Source: Chrysomallon squamiferum (taxonomy: Eukaryota > Animalia > Mollusca). From it: a stretch of DNA of 64,000 nucleotides. Under the pieces are notes generated by a model that saw only the letters and a program-made list of their open reading frames with translations, did not search any database and was not told the origin of the DNA. The position numbers and the translations under genes were made by a program. This document shows, in pieces, positions 14,479 to 29,239 of the stretch (positions are counted from its first letter, which is position 1; the number at the start of each line of letters is the position of its first letter). The DNA lies in assembly GCA_012295275.1 (NCBI GenBank), contig CM022672.1, positions 7,316,001-7,380,000 on the forward strand, in the 5' to 3' direction.

Positions 14479-17400
14479 TTTACTTATATATCTTTCTGAC
14501 TCTATCTGTGTTATATCTCTTTCCATGTGTGTCTCATTCCGTGGACCAACGCGCAAGATCAAAAATCTTTATTTTATTTTTTTTATTTTTATTTTTTTCT
14601 TTTCCGCACGTGGCTTTGGGCAACAATCTGACGTCGCTTTCCGAGTGTTAAGATTGCTGTCTACAATTAAAACGACTGCTTCCAAGGGTAAAAGTATCAA
14701 CAATTCTCAAAATGCGACGACGCGGCTTGTCGGCAGCCACATCCATCATGGCTGCTGTTGCAAAACGCGCCTCTTTCTCAAAAGAGTTCTTTATCATCCG
14801 CATTGCGCATCGCAATCTGTTAGTCGGGGAATGATGATGTTAAAAGCTCACAGATGAATAAAATATAATAAAATTTAAGTACATTCTTCTTGAAACTGCA
14901 AGGGCGTTAAAAGAAGAAGTCGGCACATAAAGGAGATGCCGACATTTATCTAAATTGCAGACTGAAGAGTTTACGATGTGTTGACGCTTTTTCTTCTGAA
15001 GTACTTAATATCTCTTCCTGGAAGTTCCGATAAACACAGGTTCTTTGAATGTCATGTTCACATGTTGACATACGTGTTCTCTAATGTGCACCACTTCTTA
15101 CAAAGTCTACTAGATTATCACACCGTGAGAGAGATAAACTGTCTGTATAGATATATAACGTTTTTAACTTATCATTCTTTTTTCCTAACTTCCAACTTTC
15201 TTTTTATCTTCTATTCATTCCTTCTTACTTATAATTATCTTCTTTCTTTCCTAATTTTCAAATTTATTTTAATCATTTTTTTTCTTTCTCTCTTAATTCC
15301 AATTTCTCACATTTTCTTTCTTCTTAATGTCTAATTTTTTAAATCTTCGTTATTTTATTCCTTATAATATGAATGAAAAACATTCATATTTGTCTTTTTT
15401 ACTTTTACCGGTTTTCTCTCTTTAATTCTTATTCATTTGTGTTTGTTTCCTTTCCCCATATGTTTGTTTGTTTATTTGTTCTTTCATTTTCTATTTGATT
15501 TACTTCCTTCACTCATTTTTGTGGGTTCATCTTTTTTTCTTCTTTTATATTGTGATAATATGATAATTGTTTTTTCTAATCAGAAATTAAAAACAAGTTT
15601 TATTTAGTATGATAATACCCTTTTATGTCAGACAAACTAATTATAATAATAAAAATAGAAAAATAAATAAATAAATAAATAAATAAATAACAGGTATATA
15701 AAATTAAATAATAATGAATGAACTTCGTTCTGACAAAAAAAAAAATCAAAAAAAAAAAAAAAAAAAAATTAATTAATTAATTAATTAAACGGAGACGCAA
15801 ATGGATCGGTTACAAGTGGATGAAAAATGGCCGCCACTCCTCTTGAAGTACCATCATCATTATCAGACGTCTCTCACTCCAAGTGCCTCCGGTGTATCGA
15901 CAAGCCATGGTACGGAAAACATTTCATAATCATAAAGCCAAATCTAATACATCAGTGTCTAAGTTTGCTTGAAAACACTAGAAGCAGGCAGTGGGGTCGG
16001 CTTTGAAGTAGCAGAAAGCGGCAGTGGTTGGTAATTCGTAACGGATGGCGTTACGTTAGCGCTATCAGTGACAGACTGCTCAAGCATAAAGACGTGTTTG
16101 TGTATGATATCCATTTTTACTCACTTACGAGTTATTTCTTGTAGCTTTCAAAACAAGCATTAGACACGATATAAATGAGATGAGGAGCCTGTACAAAGAT
16201 CAAAGAAAGATTTTCCATAGACTCGTCATAGACTTTGTTCACGTCATTATTAACTTTCGTTTTCCTTTTTCGTTTTCATTCTTCGTTTTTGTTTCAAGGT
16301 GTGGGTTATTTATTTATTTATTTATTTTATTTTATTTTATTTTATTTTATTTTATTTTATTTTATTTTATTTTATTTTATTTTATTTTATTTTATTTTTT
16401 TTATTTTATTTTATTTTATTTTATTATTATTATTTTTTTTTTTGTTAGTTCACTATACCGATAAAAGATCTGGAAGAGAAAAAAAAACTGAACACAGCTT
16501 CTTTTTTTCACATAACCAGACGTATATAAACTTGTTTTAACAGCTGCATTGTATAACGCATATTATATATATATATATATACACATGTAATAATAAATGG
16601 GGAGAATTAATCGGGCAGAAGAATTTCGAATGTCTGCCAAACTACACAACAAGATATAGACAGACATGCAAGTCTTAATACTTGGTAGGAAAATGAACAA
16701 ACACTGAAGTAAGAAAGAAATATTATATATGACAGAACAAAAATAATTAGAAAAATAAAGATGGCAGGAAGAAAGAAAAATGTTAGAAAATAAAATAAAA
16801 TAAAATGAATGAATGAAAAGTTAAAACAAGAATAAGAAAGAAGAAACGGAAGAAGGAACAAAAAAGAATATAAAGGAACAAAAAAAAAAATGAAGGCAAG
16901 AAAGAAAGACAAAATGAAAGTTGAACATAAAACAGAAGAAAGGAAAGAAGGAAGGAAACAGCAAATGAATGAAGGGACCTAAAGGCTTGGAAGATGGTGG
17001 AACGGGATAAAATGAACACAGTGTGTGCATGAAGGTATTTACACAAGATGTTATGCAGACACGTCAAGTCCGTGCATTTCCATTCGGAAGTTTTCTTAAA
17101 CGACTCTGACTTGAATCAGGTAATTAAAGCCCGCCAACTGACATACGTCACCTCTCGTTTCACTTGCATGTCACCGTTACACAATGTGTGTTGTCAGCAG
17201 ACGATATCCTTAGCGAACCCGTGACACAAACCGCACATGTAAAACAGATGTAATATGCGTCACGCATACTTCCGCGTCAGAAGCATTTTCATACGCCAAC
17301 ACGTCATGCCATTGGCACTCGTGGCTTACTAGTTTTCTCGTCAATCCCGACATTCCTCGACATTCCCCGAAGTTTTGACAAAACAAAGCCACAAAGAAGA

Positions 17401-18038
17401 CGTGGTGTCACCTAGTGCGAGGCGATCTCCCCTCACAAACGCCATCTTCCTAATTTATTCAGAACGCACGTGATTGATGCGCGCGCGTTATTCATGAGAT
17501 ATATCTCTATCTGATTGCTGTCAAATATCTCACTTGGTATTTTGAATTCTTCATCGAAGATCAAGTGAAAAATGACAGAGAGGTGATTGCAGAAAATGTC
17601 CAGTGTGTTTAAATGATGCGAAAATCCGAACGTTTTTTGTTTTCGTTTGTAATCTTGCTTCGGAGATAGGACAAGTGTACCCTCTGGACCCCGAGAAGCA
17701 CCGCAAAGAGACTTGACTAACGACACATCCAAGACATTGCTGAGACCCCAGACCTGTCATAAGTATGCTAGTTGCTGCGTTATGTATGAAAACTGTTTGT
17801 TTAGCCCGTGATTGCCTGTTACAGTTGACAAGCTTATTTACATGTTTTATCTATGAGTTATCTACCTGCATTCTACAACTGCGGCTATGATTTATTATTG
17901 TGTGCAAGTTGACGTCTTGCATAGACCTTGTTTTCAGACATGACAAAAGAAAAAAAAAAGTTTTTTCTCTTAGCATTCTTTTAAAATATATGTTGATTTA
18001 TATTTTAGTTTAGTCTGTATTCAGTTATTTGAAAGTAC

Positions 18039-18146
<108 letters not shown>

Positions 18147-19063
18147 GAGCATAGAAGTAATAACAGGTAATAATATACAAGAATAACGACAACAGTTATG
18201 ATGTTGACGAAGAAGACAACAACGATTATTATTATTATTATAGTGAAATAATTTGTATTTAAAATGCATGCATTCGTGATAATCATTTATTATATTTCTT
18301 TCTATTCCTGAACATTCAAAACAACCTAACAATATTCTTTTATGTAAGCTTTTGAGTAACCTCAAAGCATTCTTTAGATAGGTTATCGTACAGTAAGAAT
18401 TATTGTTTGCTCTAAACTGTGGTTTAACCCTGCTCATAAATAATAACAATAATTATTTACTTCTGTGCTTGCCTCGTTCGTCATAAAAATTGCTCTGCCA
18501 TAAGCGATGTGTGGAGTAATTGTTCTTTCATCCCGAACCGAGTTTGTTTAGTGAGGTGGCGCACTCAGCCCAAAAGAAAAAGGTTTGATGTTCGTTCGCT
18601 TTTATGACGCCATTACGACCACAGACCAGATATAAGATTACTGCGCCGCGTACCAACATCCGGAAATGTTGTTCATTTACATGGAACTATAATAAAGATC
18701 TGGTACTAAACATTGGTCGTAGGATTTATCTGTTGTACGATCGAATCCTAGTTCCTGATCCATCCCAGAGGTTATTTAGAACGTCCAGGAAAACCACTTC
18801 CTATCTTTCCTTTGAACAGTTTAAGACTATAGCCATTTAAGACTGTACTATAACACACACACACACACACACACACACATATTTTAAAATTTATTTTAAA
18901 TATGTGTGTGTCTGTGTGTGTGTGTGTGTTATAGTACAGCTGATTAATGCGTTAAATATTAATGTCTTCATCTGCAAAACAAAACAGGAGTAAAAGGAAG
19001 TTGTCATAAATACGTCAACAAAACAATATCTCATTCACCAAGAAGGAACAAAGAGAAAAATAT

Positions 19064-19134
<71 letters not shown>

Positions 19135-21632
19135 AACACAGAAACATACACACGCAAACTATCAACATACATATAAATAAACATCTAAATAATTTCGTGG
19201 AGGCAGATTTTTTTTTTTTTTTTTTCAGGCAGAATCCGCCCACAAAAGCTCGGCTGGATTTGTACTTTAAAAATGTAACAAGTGAAATAAACAAATAAAT
19301 GAGTAATAACGATCATATGAAAATAATAATATCTGTAAAAATAAATGATATAGTTATAAAAGTGATTTTAACATAATTTTATGATTATAAAAATAGTTCC
19401 ATAGTATTTGAAATTATAAAGTGTATGTGTTTTAAATTTAATATTAATTTTCGTTATTATCCTAATTATTTTGAGTATACATTATCAGCAAATGAATGAT
19501 TTATAAAGTACAAACGTGCTTTGAAACAATCTGTTTTTAGAATGGTTCTCTTTTTCTCCATTATTTTTTTTGAATTCTTTTCTTCTTCGTATCATCAGAC
19601 AAGGAGATTCTCGGGCGAGTCTAGCAGATAGGAAACTAACGAAAAGAGAATTATGTGATTTGGAATTCTCTCTGAGATTCAGTATTTGCGGAAATCAACT
19701 CGAGGGACGACGTAAATTGACTTGTAATACGCCAGCTGTATGCTCTTATTGAAACCCCTCTCAGTCACGCGCCTCGTGTGTTTTCCCCGCGCTCTCGTTA
19801 CCCAGCCTGCCATTCGGCACTTCGTCTCCAGTCTCGATAATTGAACATGGCAGGTCGTTTGTCTTTCGACTCCACACCAATGGAAGAGAATGCTAGGGTA
19901 ACCGAGGTTCGCACCTTGCCGCTTGAGCAATGAGATTCATCATAATTACACAGACGGTAACTGGCAACCGTCGACAATTGGACCTCATCTAATTGCGACT
20001 TATTCAGCGAGCTGCAAATCAAAATCTCATTTCCTCAGCCGTAGTTTTCATCATCACTTCTAGCAACAAAAAAAAAAAAAAAAAAAAAAAGTGAAGAAGA
20101 AGAAAAAAGAAAAAAATATATATTCACTTCTTTTGTTGTTATTATCCTACGTATTCCTTCAGCACATCATTAGAATCAGTAGTTCATTTGGCTTGTTCTC
20201 ACAGAATTATGAGGATACATTATTGAATACATTATATGAATAAACTATAGTGTATCGGCAGAATATACATTTTAATTAAAAAATAAATGTTATTGCTGCA
20301 ACTACTACTGTTTCTTTTTCTCCTCTACTAATGCTAATATTTAACCAAATGCATAAGCAAAACGATGATTTCTTACAGTTTCTGACAGAAAAATATCCCG
20401 TTTATTATTGCCTTCCTACATTGCATCCTATGATCTGGAAACACGTAATTAGCTTATGTGACGTAATTCTTTTATGACGTAGCTCCATTCAACTATGAGA
20501 CGTTTTTCCTTTAGATGACGTCAGCGTAATTTATGAAATTGTATGTTTATTCATATTTTTAACAGTATAATTGTTTGTTGTAGCAGCAGCAAGTCCAATA
20601 ACAACAGTATCTGTATAGCAGCCGCAGTACAGCACGGAAGCTGTAATAGCAGCAGCAAATTACACACTTCCTTGTGGTTAATCTTTTTCACTTATAACAA
20701 TTGTGATATTAACAATATTTTGTTAAACTAAATCATTCTAATACTGCATCATTTTAAAACGTACATGTACAAGCAAGTGTATTATTATTGTTATTATTGT
20801 TATTACTGCTATTGTTGTTGTTGTTGTTGTTGTTGTCGATCATGATGCTAATGATACCGATATTTTCTCACACTGTAGACACCAATCTATCTGATCTTCT
20901 CTTTATATTATAACAATAGTAATTCATGTCAATTATTATTACATCAGTTTAAAGCACGTTCTAGCATTTCCCGGCAGAAGTTAGTTTGTACAGAGATAAA
21001 TGTACGACAAAGTTAATTACGAGGATGAAACAGACTTCAACAGCCTGACATGAAGTGATTAAATATTTACAGGGAACATTTTACCTCGTTCACCGTACAG
21101 ACGATTAACCGTTTGAGCTGGATGCTTAATTGTTCGTCGTTTGTCCCTGGAGAAAAAGAACTCTGGAGCGAGACCAGCTAGTGACTTAAAAACTTGGCAC
21201 AACTACTTTTCACTCGAGTGGAAAATGTTAATGTGTCAGCTTCTATAAATCGCATTACTGTCAACAAAGCACTGGGTTGAAATATTTCACAAATTTACAA
21301 ATCTTTGGGGAAAGTTCTAAAGGAGGACGTCGATCAGTTATCGATTAGAGAATAGGCAAAGCAGAACAAACGAAAGAATCGCGTTCTCCATACGACAGTT
21401 TTCCTGTAATCTTTTCAGAAGTGGCGACGCCTGGTGGCTGAAGTGACGAGGTGCCAAGTTCAATCACTGTGAGGTTCCGACTCTTGTTCAGACGGCTAAA
21501 CATGCGTCCTAGAAACTAACTTAACTATTTATATCGAATTTAATTTAATTTTTTTCTTAATGCTGAAAAGATCAAAGAGAATAATAATAATAATAATAAT
21601 AACAACAACAACAACAACAACAACAATAACAA

Positions 21633-21663
<31 letters not shown>

Positions 21664-24600
21664 AAGAAGAAAGAAAGAAAGAAAGAATCGATGAGAAGAA
21701 CAAAAACATCATCCATTTTCAGACGTCCTGTAGGTTATTTATTTATTTACCATCATCGTCATCATCATGATGATCATCGATATCATCATTACCATTTTTA
21801 ATATTATTATTGTTGTACAGTATTCATCGTAGTCATTTTGTAACTTTCATTTCTATTTTTTCATAAAAAGTTGCAATACTTGTGTTGCTACTACCGTCAG
21901 TAGTGTAACCGCTCATCATTAATAACAACAATAACATCATTCGTTAGCAGTTTCATCACAGCATCATAATTATGTGTTTAATTTCTGAACTCTGATCCCA
22001 GTTTTCGTGCGATTAAAGATAAAAAAAAAATGTACTGGTATGAATGTATGAATAAATGTCTGTATGTCTTTTGTATGTATGTATGTATGTACGTACGTGT
22101 CTGTGTGTATATATAAATGCGTTTTTATATACAGTAAGTATAGTCTTTCTTTATCAAGCTGTGTAGGACAGTGACAATATATTCAGTTTAAACAAAAAAA
22201 GCTGCAGTTTTAATGCTGTAGAATTTTTAATTTGTTCCTGAGTGAGACTTAAGAATTTTAAATATTGATAACATTATTTAGTATGTATACTTACTTTTAA
22301 TTTAAAAAAAAAAAAATCAAAAAAAAAAACACACAAAAATACAAACCACTTTTAGAAGTTCAGTTTGAATGTAGGTATATAGAAGTTCGAGTTTTGCATT
22401 TCTAACACATGAAAGGAGATACCACGGCGTTAATGACAAGTGATGTGCTTAAATACCCGACTACTATCTTCTTTTCACGTGGCGAATGTTTCTCTAAAAT
22501 AAATTTAATTTTATGTTGACTTTATCTTTGTTGTTTCGGTCCACGGTGTTCATTACTTCACCTCCTATTAGACTCAATCGAACGCGCGCGCAAATTAGCC
22601 TCGTCGGAGGAAGACTGGTCCAATCACGTGAACGCTTTAATATTAATTGCTTGTTAAGGGAGCCCCGATCAGTAACAAGAAAAGATTAACCGCGGAATTA
22701 AGAGCGACTTAAATGTTGTGCCTATCAGTGTGGGATAACAGAGACAGCTCTATAATTAGAACATCATTACCCATTTAGAAAATGTCCATTTAAATTGCAG
22801 TTATTGAATCGCGGAGCGCGGCTTTCAACAGAAGCAGCGATGCGAGATGTCAAGCGTATCAAGAAACACGAACCAGTTGTGTAGAAAATTCGACAGGATC
22901 GAAATAATGGTCCCATATGTCAAAGAAAAACGATACCACCCGATCAAACAATAATACCCAATTTCTCAGTGAACTTAGTTTCAGGTATAATATTTGTTTT
23001 AAATTTTATAAATATTTTAAAGTTTGCATTAGTTAATTCAAATGGCATAATTTAAAATTATTAACATTACACATTTTTTTTTTTTTATAGTGTTAATATT
23101 AATAAGTTGGAGTTTTTAAAACTTATAAATCGATTTTTTCAATTAACATCAATTTATAAAGCTGATTTTTTTATGATATGGTAGTAAACTCATTAAAAAT
23201 GTCAGTAAACATTTAGAAAGAGAGTCAAAGACCTATAAGTAAATAATTAAATCTGACCTACAACGTCCACATTAAACCCATTCTTCGACGCAAAGAAATA
23301 AAGATATTTTTTCGTTTGATGACTAATCTTGTTCTGACTAAATAATATCATTATTTTTGACGTATAGGTTAATTTTCAATAACAGAACCATAAAATTCCT
23401 CTTATGATCCATTGCTCACACAAGGAATATCATCAACACGAAGAAAAATATAGGTATCTTTGTGTGTTAGAGATCATCATTACTTTCTGATACGCTGCAA
23501 GTGTGTAAAGTGTGGACCGAAAGCCAGTCTTCAAGGGAGGTAATCACGGCACCATTAGCCGAACTGTCCAGTGTCACTACCCGCTACTTTTCTTCTTCTT
23601 TTTTTTAACAAATACCGTATTTTATGTACCAACACGGCCTACGTGTTAATTCCTCCACTTCTTTCAACAATTGCGGCTTTAACGATAAAAAAGAATTCAC
23701 GTTAATAAAATAAGATATCACCGTTAACTTGATCCTAGTAATTTTATTTACTTTTGCGAGCAAAGTAAATTACAAAGTTGGAGTAATTGATTAGAGAACA
23801 TCTGCAGGTCTCAAAGATGTCGGCAGTAAAACATCATCTCGTAATTACACCGGTATCCAGCTGGCTGTATCATTAGCGGATCACTGGATCGTCGACAGTG
23901 GTTTCACGTGACCGGAACAGACAAGCGACATCTACATGAGATGCTTTTCCCCCACCATACATTGTGTAAAATGATACTGAGAATAGATCACATAAAAGAG
24001 ATGTTTAATAGACACCAATAAAGTTCTTAACTAGAGCGACATCTTTGGAGCCAATTATATCTATTCAGATCTCAGTAAATTTGTAATAAGGAAAGTTAAA
24101 ACGAAATTACAACTAGCTTACTTATAATTTAATTACAAATTTTGTGAAATGTCTTTCACTTTCTATTATTGTATATGAAATATTTTAAAACAGACATAAA
24201 ACTACAACAAAAAACACCTCATAGACTAACAAAACTATACAGATTATCTGATATCTTTGTTCAGCGCAGTTATTACCAATACCACTGTTACTCTTCCTAT
24301 TGATTAAATAGTTACCAATACTATTACTACTACTATGCTACTGCTACTATAACTACTACAACTATTTCTACTACTGGAACGTATACTACTGCTGCTTCTA
24401 TTACTATCAATCCTGTTTATGTTGCTATTAATAATATATATCATTTTGTACTAAATGGTTTTTCTTACTTTCTTCTAGAAATGCAATAAAAACCTGAGAC
24501 ATTCACCGAGGCCCGAATCGTTTTAAAACACAAAAACATCAACAGAAAATAAGACAATGTAATGCAATCCGAACAGTTCGTTAAACTACTGAAGTCTAAT

Positions 24601-24854
24601 TAGATTTTATTTTTCTTCTTTTATAAACAAACTTATAAATCAAATTCTTATTGCTGTACTGAAAAGATTCTCCGAATTTTAAAGCTTGGTTCGAAAACGG
24701 ATGTTTGACATTGTATTTATTTCCACTGTTCAGTTCTATTAGAGGAAAATATATGTTCATTCTTAGTGCAGTTATTAACAATATCTTTGGTGATTAATCA
24801 GACGAAAAGTTAGGAACTGGGCAGACGCGGCTTAATGCGTATGACACTGCAGAA

Positions 24855-24869
24855 CGCCCCCTAGTGGCC
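24855..24869 (-). promoter_or_regulatory. CTCF-like binding motif
   Basis: Minus strand reads GGCCACTAGGGGGCG, matching the CTCF core CCAC/GYAGRKGGC; such a GC-rich word is rare in this AT-rich DNA. Confidence 0.55.
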
Positions 24870-25522
24870 GAATCTTTGCCGCCATATGTTATGCTAGTTC
24901 AGCGCGTGGAACGCTTTAACAATGGTTGTCGTTCGTTTCTCCCATATTTGTTTTGTTGCGAACCGTCTGTGTTCCGAGACGTCCAATCATCTAAATAAAT
25001 GACCACTGAAAAGCGAGGCAACATAAACTATGGGCGTTTCTCACAAATCAGATTATCACCGCTTTAGAGCGCATGTCGAGACGGCAGATCAGTAATCATT
25101 TACTGCGCGATTTTTCAAAAGAAATTGTCCAGTAATTACAAGCCGCTTGGTGGCAACTATCCTATTCTAGGTCATCGTATCGGTCTGATGAAAGTCATTA
25201 AATGTTTTACAACCCATGGCTAATTTCATTACTGGATCCACACCGGGGCAATTGACACACGCTTTTACCAGGACTAATCGACTCAAACTAGAGTCTATTT
25301 AACTAGTTTGAGGCCAAACAGCACGTGCATCCTTTTGTCGATGTTGATATTTAACGTGTTGTGTACCGTACCTGTGTTCTCTAAGACGTTTTTCTTTGTT
25401 TTCTTCTTCCTTCCTTTCTTTTTTCTTTAAATAAATAGAACGAATTTCAAACTTCAAAATAAAAAAATTTGTTGTAAACTTCCTTAAAGTCCCTAAATGC
25501 TGGAGGTTATTTATTTATTTAC

Positions 25523-25550
25523 TATCATCGTCATCATCATCATCATTATC

Positions 25551-25637
<87 letters not shown>
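25523..25637. repeat. (CAT)n(TAT)n microsatellite
   Basis: Direct reading. Confidence 0.93.
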
Positions 25638-26124
25638 GATAAGAGTCAATCTTTTAAAATAATAATGTTTTCCCTTCTTTGTTGTATGTTGGTGACATTA
25701 CTGAACTGATTTGAATATAAAATTCAAAGACCAATAAATCCTACAGCATTTTGTCTATGCAGGCGTGTACGTGATTGACGTAGATAGCTTTGTTGTTAAC
25801 AAATACTGGTTTAACAATGTGTGAATAATATGTGAATATATAAATATTAATTCAGTTAATAAAATCTTTTTATTTATTAAATTAGAAGATACATTAATTT
25901 ATAGTGTTAAATTGGTGAATGTATCTTTTGATGGTCATTTCAAGCTATATGCACCCATACAAACAGAATAATTGATGTATTCAACCTGAGCAATATTACT
26001 GGAGATTAGTATTTACGAGTACTGTTTGTTATTTAAAATAGTTACATGGTATCTCATCTCCTCATTATTTTGGAATAAAGGAAATTTTTGAAATATATTT
26101 CTATTTCATGAATAAATAAATAAT

Positions 26125-26164
<40 letters not shown>

Positions 26165-27060
26165 AAAATAAAAATAAAAACCACCAAACAAAAATACAAA
26201 AATACAAATAAAATAAAATAAAATATTCTAATATTAACGTTTATCTTATTATTATTATTATTATATTTAATATGCTTGTGCGTCATCCGTAGAAAAATAC
26301 AAATCCGTCGAAACTTAATTTTTTATCATATGTATCTAAGTACGAACAACAACGAGATAAAAAAAACCACGTTAAGCAATCTTGACATTTATCAATAAGT
26401 ACAAATTATACACTGAATTCGTATAATTATTATTGTTATCTTAAAAACTTTGATTATTTAATGGCATTCTTCAATAATTTTTTGGTTAAATTATGGAAAT
26501 TAAAAGAAATTTACATAAAACAATTCATTTATCGCTTCAAGTCAAGGTACATAATTCCTAGACGTTGAAACTAGATGTTCATCAAGAGTTATTTCCCTTA
26601 GAACATAAAGTTAATTGTAAAATTCCAAACTTCGAGTGGTTATTCGTATTGCAAACATTGAATTAAAACCGTTAAACAGAACTAATCTGGGCATTTTTTG
26701 ATTTTTGAAATTTTGTTTTTATCTCTCACAGCACTATATTTTTTTCGTTCTGAGTTTTGAATACCAGAAAATATTTTAACTACATTTAGATCCACGCCAT
26801 TCTGTGCAAACCATGTTCACATGAAAAACAAAAAAATAAATAATATGCACTTGACTGTATATAAATTTCATACATTTAATCTGCCATAAAATGTGTTAGT
26901 TTACAAAGACTTATTCAGTTTATCCTGAATTATGTGGTTTTTTTGTGTTTTTTTTTTTTTAGTTACATAATTTATTACAAATTAAATACAAAGTAAAGCA
27001 AATTATTATTAATATAAAATGTCACTTTCCACTCTCATTGCAAAAAATAAATAAATAAAA

Positions 27061-27103
<43 letters not shown>

Positions 27104-27351
27104 TAAAGCAACTCCCAATAAATAGTGAAAAAAAAGAAAAAGTAAAGAAGAAAGATGAGACAAAACAAACTAATGAAAACACAATTAAAAGCTGTAAATA
27201 TTTTAATAATGCACACAGATCTATCAAGGACGGACATTGTAACAATTTAACATGGTGACCATTTCTAATGTAATGAACTGTGATTTTTGTTTCATCAGTG
27301 CAACATTTCAACATTCACTATGTGATTACATCTAGTATGTTAAAACAATGT

Positions 27352-27362
27352 AATATATATAT

Positions 27363-27428
<66 letters not shown>
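27352..27428. repeat. (AT)n microsatellite
   Basis: Direct reading. Confidence 0.93.
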
Positions 27429-27430
<2 letters not shown>

Positions 27431-28129
27431 TGACACTAATAATAAATGGATTGATCAACAACAATTTATTAAACAATATATTTCACTATGCCACAGAATC
27501 TCAAACACACTGCACAGAACAAAAATGATACTGCATTTCACATCAGTGCAAACACAACAGTTGGTCAATATTTTTATGTTAGGATCACAAAACAGTATTA
27601 GTTTTCTATTTTCAGTTTAGTAATAATTTCATTTTTTTTTTTTTTCTGTCCTCTTGTCAGAAATTGGTGAATAGTATTGCAAAAATATCTATGTTGTAAA
27701 AACATTATGAATGCCAGAATGAGAAACTAGCTGGAAATAATCTAACACTGACTGGCTAGGACTGAACCTGTGACCAGTCACATACCAGGCCTGTGTTAGT
27801 ATAATTTAGTTTTTACCATAATATGGTTCAAAGATCTGAACAAGTTAATGCACTTGTCCATTTATTAGAATTCACATGAATATAACAGCAAATGAAGACT
27901 TGACAATACATTTTTCTAAAATTTTCTATAATTTTATTCTACTCATTTGTTCACATTTTTTCTAATACTGAGATTAAAGTATCTCAGTATATGTTGTGTT
28001 TCTTCATGCTTGTTCATTTGATCATATAAAAATATATATGCATTTGTAATAATTCTGAAATAATAAACATTTATCTAGTTTTTTTTTTTTTTTTTTAATA
28101 TAAATATAATTCTAAATATTTTATCTTTA

Positions 28130-28830
28130 TAAATGATTTTGGTATCAGACATGTTTCACTGTTATAATCAATTTTAAAATCATCATACAGAAATGTTTCA
28201 TTGTTATATATCGATGGTCACAAAATAATGAAACCAGTCATAATGTATTGTTTCAAATGGCTTTATAATAAATAACATCATCCATATTTCATTTCTATAA
28301 ATTCATATACAAAGATACTAGCTATGTTTCATTGCAATAAATGACATTAGAAAAAATGATATTAACCAAATATCATAATTATACATGATATTAAAATAGA
28401 CTTCAGTATCATAAATGGCCATACAAGTATCAGGCTAGAATGTCATTTAAACAAATATGTAAGCCATGTTTTATCTGTGGGCTTACCCTGATACCACTGA
28501 ATTATTATTATTATTGTTTTTTTCTGATATAAACGGTTTTAAAATAAAAATACATCAACGCTTCATTATAACAAATGATATTAAAATAAAGATACCATCG
28601 ATATTTCATTATTACAAGATATAATAAAATAATGGATGTGATCCATATTTCATTTCATTTTTATATGTGGCCTTAAATATACCAGCCATTTTTCACTGTT
28701 ATGGGATTACAATAAAGAAAGTAACATTGTTCCATTGTTATAATAATATTATAATGAAGATACCATTATCATTATGTTTCATTATTGTTCTTTCAACAAG
28801 GACACCAGCTTTACAATTACAAAACAAATC
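28130..28830. repeat. old degenerate tandem repeat (about 45-50-bp unit, core ATGTTTCATTGTTATAAATG)
   Basis: Recurrent catgtttcactgtt / atatttcatt motifs at quasi-regular spacing downstream of the WDR54 stop. Confidence 0.6.
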
Positions 28831-29107
28831 GCTTTAACACAAAAATACTAGACATATAAACTGACTTTTGAAATACCAGGAATGGTAGTATAGAGAAACT
28901 GTTTAAATCTGCAAATATATGTAATAAATAATCTCTTAGTAGTCTTACCCTCAAAAGTGAAGAAAATCGAAAATATGTTATAAATAATCTCTTAACCTCA
29001 AAAGTAAAGATAACTGAAAGTATGTAAATTTTTTTTTTTAGCTTGAATGTCTCAATAATAAGATGTATAATATTTTTTTTTTGATCTGAGATAACTTTAA
29101 TGTAAGT

Positions 29108-29239
29108 TTAACTTTGTACATAGAAAATAATTTCATTACTGTCATAGCCAGTCACACAGAATGCTCTCCCTTGTTTGTCAACAAACTGTCCTCCCACCAG
29201 CTGCAGGTCTTGAATATGTTGACTTGTCACATACTTAAT
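29108..29239 (-). CDS. WDR54: WDR54 exon 9, last coding exon (IKYVTSQ...FCVTGYDSNEIIFYVQS*)
   Basis: cag|ATT ... TAA at 29108-29110. Confidence 0.9.
   Translation of the reverse strand: MKYVTSQHIQDLQLVGGQFVDKQGRAFCVTGYDSNEIIFYVQS

Noticed and set aside
15160-17000. T-rich block versus A-rich block as a large inverted repeat
   Set aside because: Only compositional complementarity; no alignable unique sequence.
27745-27795. tRNA B-box-like GGTTCAGTCC on the minus strand
   Set aside because: No cloverleaf or A-box; at best a decayed SINE fragment.
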